Shown here: positions 47,500-53,433 of the stretch, piece by piece
How the letters are laid out: each line of letters starts with the position of its first letter
How positions within the stretch are numbered: position 1 is the first letter of the stretch
Notes under the pieces: generated by a model
The model's input: only the letters and a program-made list of their open reading frames with translations
Databases searched by the model: none
Told to the model about the DNA's origin: nothing
Assembly: GCA_008632985.1 (NCBI GenBank)
Contig: QPGO01000330.1
Coordinates: 1 to 53,433 of the forward strand
DNA: 53,433 nt
Origin: Psammoneis japonica
Taxonomy: Eukaryota
Direction: 5' to 3'
Position numbers and translations under genes: made by a program

Positions 47500-50235
47500 C
47501 ATTCTTTTCCGTGGCCGTTGCCAACTCCCAACACATGCATGCTTCCTCGACATGTGGGCATTGTTCCACTGTCTCTTTGCACTCTGTCTCTCTCCACTGC
47601 CAGCTTTGTGGCAGCAAGAAGCAACAAAGTTGCAGGGGCTGGTGTCTCCTCCTCTGCCCAGCCAGAGGCAACTTTTCTGCGCAAGCCAGGCTGCCAGGAG
47701 AGTGACCCCTTTGTGCCTCCTCTTTGAGCTGCCAGCTGCTTGCAAGATCATGGGCACTTTGTTTTGAAAAAGGGCCATGGTGGTGTGCCCATGCAAGATG
47801 TGGTGAACTCTTCTTGCCTTTTCCTTGTCCTCTGCCACAGTGCAAATGAGACAAAACAGTGCTGCCAAAAACACTCCAAAAAAGCAGGGAGAGGCAAAGG
47901 GGGTGCTCTTCGCCACTGCTCAGCTGCTGTGGAGGAGAGCTGAAATGTTTCTGGAATGTTTTCTTGAGCACCACACAAGCCAAAGCACAGCAAGAAGATC
48001 ACAAGAAATGTGAGCTTCTTCTTTTGTTGCTCCAACACATGGCAAATGTTCTGAAGTTCTCCCCACAGCTTTTTGAGGCCTCTCACACAGTTTTTTCTTT
48101 AGACACCCAAGCAAAACTTTGCTGCCTGTGGTGTTGCATTAGTTCCACCCTTCATGCACTGAACCTTGACACAGATCAAGACATGTTTTTGTCTTCTTGC
48201 ATTGATGGGCTCATCTCAAACACACAACTCCACTTGATGTCAGCAAGCTCCTTGAAGGAATTTGCAAAAGGACAGCGTGCCTGTTGTCGTGAGCAATGAG
48301 AGCAAAGAAGACCCCATCACTGTGATGTGTGTCAGAGGCATGCACTTTGAAACATGCCACTCAATGCTCACATGCACTGAAGTTTTGCAATCTTCCACCC
48401 ACTTCTTCAGCAATGAGAACACAAACAACACGACTCCTGGGGGGATCTTTGAACAGGACCAGCGGGGCAAGAATTGGTTTGTTGACCATGTTCTTGAGTT
48501 TTTCAAGTTTGTTTTTGAGCACTCAATCACAGGCAAAATTGGCAACATGCTGCCTCTGAAAGCTTTGCCATCAACTGCTGTCTGCTGTTTGACCAAAATT
48601 GCTCTGTTCATCATGGGAAAGTCACAACTTGCTCATCACAAGGGCCTTGGCTTCTTTGACTAAAAAGAGCAAGACTCTGACAACCTGTTTTTGTTCAGGC
48701 TCCTCTCTCTTTGCCACAAACTGGTTGATGTGCTCTTGGTGCTGCAGATGTCTCACAGCACAATCTTGAACAGCTCAATGAACATTTGAGAAAAGTTTGG
48801 GGGTGCAATGCTTGCATTGAATTTGTGGGTTCAACTGTCAGGAGAGTCAGTCTGTTGAGGAGAAGACATCATGGAGGCCTTTGGCACAATGACCCCAAAA
48901 GGATGGTCTGCATCTGTGCCAACAACTGTCCTGTCACCAAGTGTGTTTGTTGTTGAGGAAGGAGGACAGGGGATCCCAAAACAGACATTGTCTGTCTGCC
49001 AGCTCATCATCTGGAAAAGCTCATCAAAACAAATTAGATGGGCAGCAGTCCAAAGCCATTCAATGTCATGACAACATCAAAAAACAGCAATGCTTGACTG
49101 CAGAGATGATGCTCGCCTTGTGTCGTTGTCTCCCACTCCCACAAGTGCACAGCTCTTGTCAGTCTCCTCATGCCAGAAAGAGGGGGCAGCGGTGCTTCTT
49201 GAGCTGTGCTGCCAGTTTGGCGCTGCAACTTGGAGTCTCAAAAAATTTCTCCAACCCTGTTGTGCAACATCCCTCCCATGCTCAGTGCCCTGAACAGACA
49301 ATTGTCTGGGCAGCCCTCCTCTTCCTTCCCCTCCTTTGCGCTGTGCTGGACTGACTGCAGGGCTGCCAGCTTTTTCAGTGCAGCTGAGCAAATTGAGCCC
49401 ATGTCTCATCCTTCAGGCTGCAGATTTTCTTGGTCTAAAGAGCAAAAAAAATCCTCTGACAAAAGGAGCCGCAAAATCTCAAGCTCAGTGGCAAGAAAAG
49501 AGGGTTCTTGTCTGCACTCAGCTGCAGTTTGAGGAGTTGCTCTCAAGAAAAAGTGCCCTCCTTGGATGATGCAGATTTTGGTGGCAGCGCAAACACCCAA
49601 ATGCTTGAATGCATGCCCAACTTCCCATGAGCATGTTGCTTGCACCTGATGTCCTGTGGTGCCATGAGAGGAGGCACGTGCAAGAGAGCCCACACATCAT
49701 CCCCTCTCCATGAATGTCGTGGCACTTGTCAAAAAGCAGACAGCACTGCTCTCACGGCTCACTCACATGCTGCTCAACAATCAAGAACTGCAAGTGCAGA
49801 GATTTTTGTTCATTGCCATCCAACTTGGATCACTTTTCTTTGCCTCTCTGGCCTTGTCTGCAGCTGTCTGTCGTCAACTTGACATGAGCTGGCACTGAGC
49901 CTCAAATTGAGCACATTCAAAGAACAGACACTCTGTTGCCAAGAAGCACCCCCACTCTTTTGCAGCACAAGAAGCAAGCAACAACATTTGGGACAGGATT
50001 TTTGCACACAGGTCTCTCTTGCTCTTTGCAGTGGCTGGAGTTGAGTTGGCCAGCTCCAGAAACGAGAGGTTGCCTGCTCTGCCTTTCTGCCCCTGTGGTC
50101 GTGGTCCCCCCACGCTCCTCGCTGCACAACACTCTCTTCTTCATTGGATGCCTTGCCTTGTCAAAGACACACACAGGAGTCACCCCAGCTGTGAGATGAG
50201 CTTGTTGGGTGTGGGCTGAAGAGCTGCCAACAAAC
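47500..50235. other. TpA-depleted hypermutated domain 5, located between two divergent host genes
   Basis: About five TA in 2.7 kb (TTTAG, ATTAG, CTAAA, TTAGA, TCTAA); CpG is also very rare. Confidence 0.9.
49880..50230 (-). pseudogene. XPG/FEN1/EXO1-family nuclease remnant
   Basis: LTAGVTPVCVFDKARHPMKK resembles the XPG-N motif GI.P.FVFDG...P.K. FECAQFEAQCQL resembles the XPG-I motif AP.EAEAQ. Confidence 0.55.
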
Positions 50236-50415
50236 TCTTTATAGAGGAGGCACTGCGCAGTGCCATTTTGTGGCATTTGCTCTTTGGATCGAGCTGGATG
50301 TGGCAGGGACGACAGACCGACAGTCGCTGATGTCGGCGGGCGGAAGAGTGAAGAGTAGAGAGAGTATAGAGCAATAGCTAGATGAACGTTCTCTACAGTA
50401 ACTAGAACGACGTCG

Positions 50416-51899
50416 ATGACGGTATTTCAGCGGCCTAGCACATCATTGAACTCAGTCACAAACACATTACAGCCTACAGTACTATTGCTGTGGAATTTAC
50501 TAATCGTCATGATGAGCTCTGGAAGTCAGAAAACCATCCAGGCGCTCGCCTCCGTTCCAACCACCACTCGTACATACAAAGCACCAAAATGGGCCAAGGA
50601 CGTCTTGTTAAATGTCCCCCAGCGCAGACTGAGTTTGGCAAATCTCCCCACGCCTCTTTATGAAGTAAAACCATCGCCACAAATAACAGACAAGAACGAC
50701 GAGCCGTCAATACTGCAGGGACTTGTGGATTTGAACGTGTCGCTATTTATCAAACGAGACGACATGACGGGAGGTGTTGAATTGGGCGGAAACAAGATTC
50801 GAAAATTGGAGTTTCTACTGGCACATGCTTTGGAAAAGAACGCGGACTCTGTGGTTACCATTGGTGGCGAGCAATCAAATCACTGCCGTGCTACAGCTGC
50901 AGCCTGCCGCATGGTGGGACTCGAGCCACACTTGATTCTTCGAACGAAACGGGCCAATTCAGTTTGTACTGGTGAAGAGGAGAACTTTGGCTTCACAGGC
51001 AACATTTTATTTGATCGCATGGTGGGAAGCCAGATTTATACCTGTACACCAGGGGAGGTATGTGGATAGGTGTTTACCATTGTACATGGTTCATTCGGAA
51101 GCCACCGTGGGTTCTAACTACTGTTCATACCTTTCTTTTTTTTCTTACATTGCTTCCTGGAAAATACCTACACATTATACTAGTACGGAAGGGTCGGATC
51201 AAAGGGTCTTGTTGAAAGATTGTGCAACAAATTGAAAAAGGAGAAAAACAAGAATCCATATCCGATTCCTGTGGGAGGTTCCAATGGTCTCGGCAGTTGG
51301 GGATACATCAACGGCGTTGAAGAACTCATGACGCAGTGGAATAGTGAAGAAACAAAGTCGCTCGATCATGTTGTCTTTGCTTGCGGTAGTGGGGGTACAG
51401 CAGCGGGAATAGCCCTCGGACTTGGTCTTTCTAAAAAGGAGATGATGTCAAAGAAGCGCCACATGCTCATGCTGTTGGCGTCTGCGACGACCCGGATTAC
51501 TTTTACAATTACGTTGCAGAAATCGCCAACGACATGGGATTCAAGCACTCATCAATGTCGGCTGTGAGCTTTATTCGCCAACACATGACTGTCCATCAAG
51601 GCAAGGGCCTTGGATATGCTTCAAGCACGGCGGAAGAACTGAACTTTTGCACGCGATTTGCTCTCGAAACCGGCATTGTGTTGGATCCCGTCTACAGTGG
51701 AAAAGCCATGTTTCACTTCATGACGCAAGTCTTGGACGAATCCTTTCGCGGAAAGAATATTCTCTTTTGGCATACAGGCGGCTCCCTCGGAATGTACGAC
51801 AAAGGACAAGACTTGTTAGAAACGATGGATCAGATTTCACCAGTCACGAGACTTGACGTATACGACAAGGGTGGACAAGATGGAATGCTCTCCATTTGA
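50416..51899 (+). CDS. D-cysteine desulfhydrase / ACC deaminase family PLP enzyme; intron 51058-51183, apparent 1-nt frameshift near 51435
   Basis: LPTP, IKRDD...[53 protein letters not shown] and LFWHTGG. The GTATGT...TAG intron is in frame. Confidence 0.9.
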
Positions 51900-51957
51900 T
51901 TACAGATTGCATTGATTATACTAAGTTCTTCTTTCTAGTAGCATCTAGTATTAGTCT

Positions 51958-53185
51958 CTAAATAATGTGATCATACCGAAGAAATACCTCCGTCGACACT
52001 ACCGGCAAGCCGGTGTCAACGGGCCAGAATATTCGTTCAAGTATTAAGCTTCCGTTCTTGAGGAATCTCCTTGACTCCTCGATTCCATTTGGAACATGGG
52101 ACACAGTTGAATGTGCAATACCACTGTCTGCTCGGGGTTCTGCCACAAAGGCCGTTCGACGATTGATCATAGCTGGGCGGGGGTTGCTTCCTAATATCAC
52201 AGATCCAGCAGGAAAAGGTTCTTTCCAGGACCCAACTTGATACTCTAGTACTCGACGTATCGATATACCGTCCACATGAAAGGATGTAATTTTCCAAGTT
52301 GTCGATTCTGCTGATTCTCTTGAAAATGATTGAATGTATGGGTTCTTTGCAGCGTCCTGCGCATCATCATGAGACAATCCCCTTGCTACTAAAGCTTCCG
52401 CTACTCCCGTACACTGTGACGAGTCACGGGCCCATTTCCCTGAAAAATCCAGCGAGGCGCATCTACGGTTCCACTCTAGAATTGTGGGTTCCAGCGTATC
52501 CCGGAGTCTTTCGTAGGCGGCACGTTTGTTTGGCCACATGTTTTCAACTACCCAATCCAACGACGCCCATTTCACGTTTGAAAATTCAGCTTCTTCTCCA
52601 TTCTCGCCGCTCAAAGAACACATGAGGCGCGGGTCACTGTCACCCGGTCCATCGATACAACGAAAGACGTTCCAATGCAGCTCTTGTCCGCGAAACCAGC
52701 CTTGGTCAGCCAGCTTGACGTTCCCTCTGTCTCGTATCTAACAGGTTTGACGTGCAAGTCTACTGGAACAGCATGAGTGCCACTGATCAAGCCCATTTCT
52801 TCGTACAACTCTCGACACGCTGCCTCAAACACTGTTTCTCTATCTTCGTACTCTGACGCATCATCCACACCTCCCTGAGGCGCCTGCCATGCATCCTTGA
52901 CCGTGACACGTTCACCGACCAACAATTCATTGTTCGAGTTGAGAACTGCGCATCGGCACAGAGACGCCATTTCTTGTTATCATCGTCGATAACGAAACGA
53001 GACGGGGGATAAACTTTCTCCTTGATGTTTCTTTGGTTGTCGTCGCTCGTCATTTTCATTTGTTGCAGATTGGGTGATACACGACGAGATGATTCTAGTG
53101 GATGAGGAGTAGTCGAAAGTTGGAATGAAGATCTCGCAGCAGTGATGGATAAGAAAAAAATGAGCCCCGTTTTCTTGATAGTCAT
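51958..53185 (-). CDS. Nudix hydrolase (Ap4A hydrolase/RppH-like) with C-terminal extension; apparent frameshifts near 52955 and 52690
   Basis: [10 protein letters not shown]...[17 protein letters not shown]udix box, then GQELHW and EFSNVKW...[10 protein letters not shown]. Signal-like N-terminus from the ATG at 53185. Confidence 0.8.
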
Positions 53186-53433
53186 GTCCTCCACGTACAA
53201 GCGTGTTTGTTTTGATGCACATTGAACAACACCCAATCAATAAAACGAGCAACGTAGCACGAGTGCGGGAAGTTGAAGCCAACATTCCGCCTCCGATGTG
53301 GGCTGTATGAATAATAACACGTCACATCGATTCCATGGAAAAACTGTCAACAAAACGTCAGGAGGATGTCATTGTCAATTATGGCGCGCAGGTTCTGTCT
53401 GTCCATCCTATCTCTTCCATCCTACGACTACTT

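Noticed and set aside
2860..50235. Classical RIP, simple CpG deamination or an alternative genetic code as the cause
   Set aside because: RIP increases TpA, and CpG decay leaves TA intact. The depletion is frame-independent and non-coding DNA is also affected, while neighbouring genes use Tyr and TAA/TAG normally.
43430..52960. Frameshifts in otherwise intact genes (~43436, ~51435, ~52690, ~52955) as programmed frameshifting or pseudogenisation
   Set aside because: They are small indels, some at short homopolymers, in well-conserved genes with no other decay. Uncorrected sequencing errors are the simpler explanation.

Overview
Eukaryotic, most likely diatom, nuclear DNA: short GT-AG introns, a DUF1800/DUF1501-type gene remnant and an ASAF-like targeting peptide. 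Ordinary host genes (ankyrin+kinase-like, ODC-like, NSE3/MAGE, EAF6-like, D-cysteine desulfhydrase, Nudix hydrolase, several hypotheticals) alternate with five long domains (~2.9-4.8, 5.2-20.9, 21.6-31.4, 36.6-39.4 and 47.5-50.2 kb; about 32 kb in total). These domains are built from transposon and duplicated-gene debris: PIF1/Helitron-type helicase, hAT-like transposase, a complete 2.6 kb LTR element with target-site duplication (TSD), a MetAP fragment and an XPG/EXO1-like fragment. The main signal is that the dinucleotide TpA has been almost entirely erased in these domains, converted to TpG or CpA on both strands. Conserved Tyr codons read Cys/His, paired repeat copies (including the two LTRs of one element) differ by TA/TG/CA exchanges, and surviving TA sites fall in a narrow context. 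This resembles a RIP-like, repeat-targeted hypermutation system acting on A:T pairs (A->G/T->C at TpA), separate from ordinary CpG decay. I do not know of a described system with this signature, but I cannot check the literature. All counts are by eye and approximate; protein family calls are from motif recall, not database searches.
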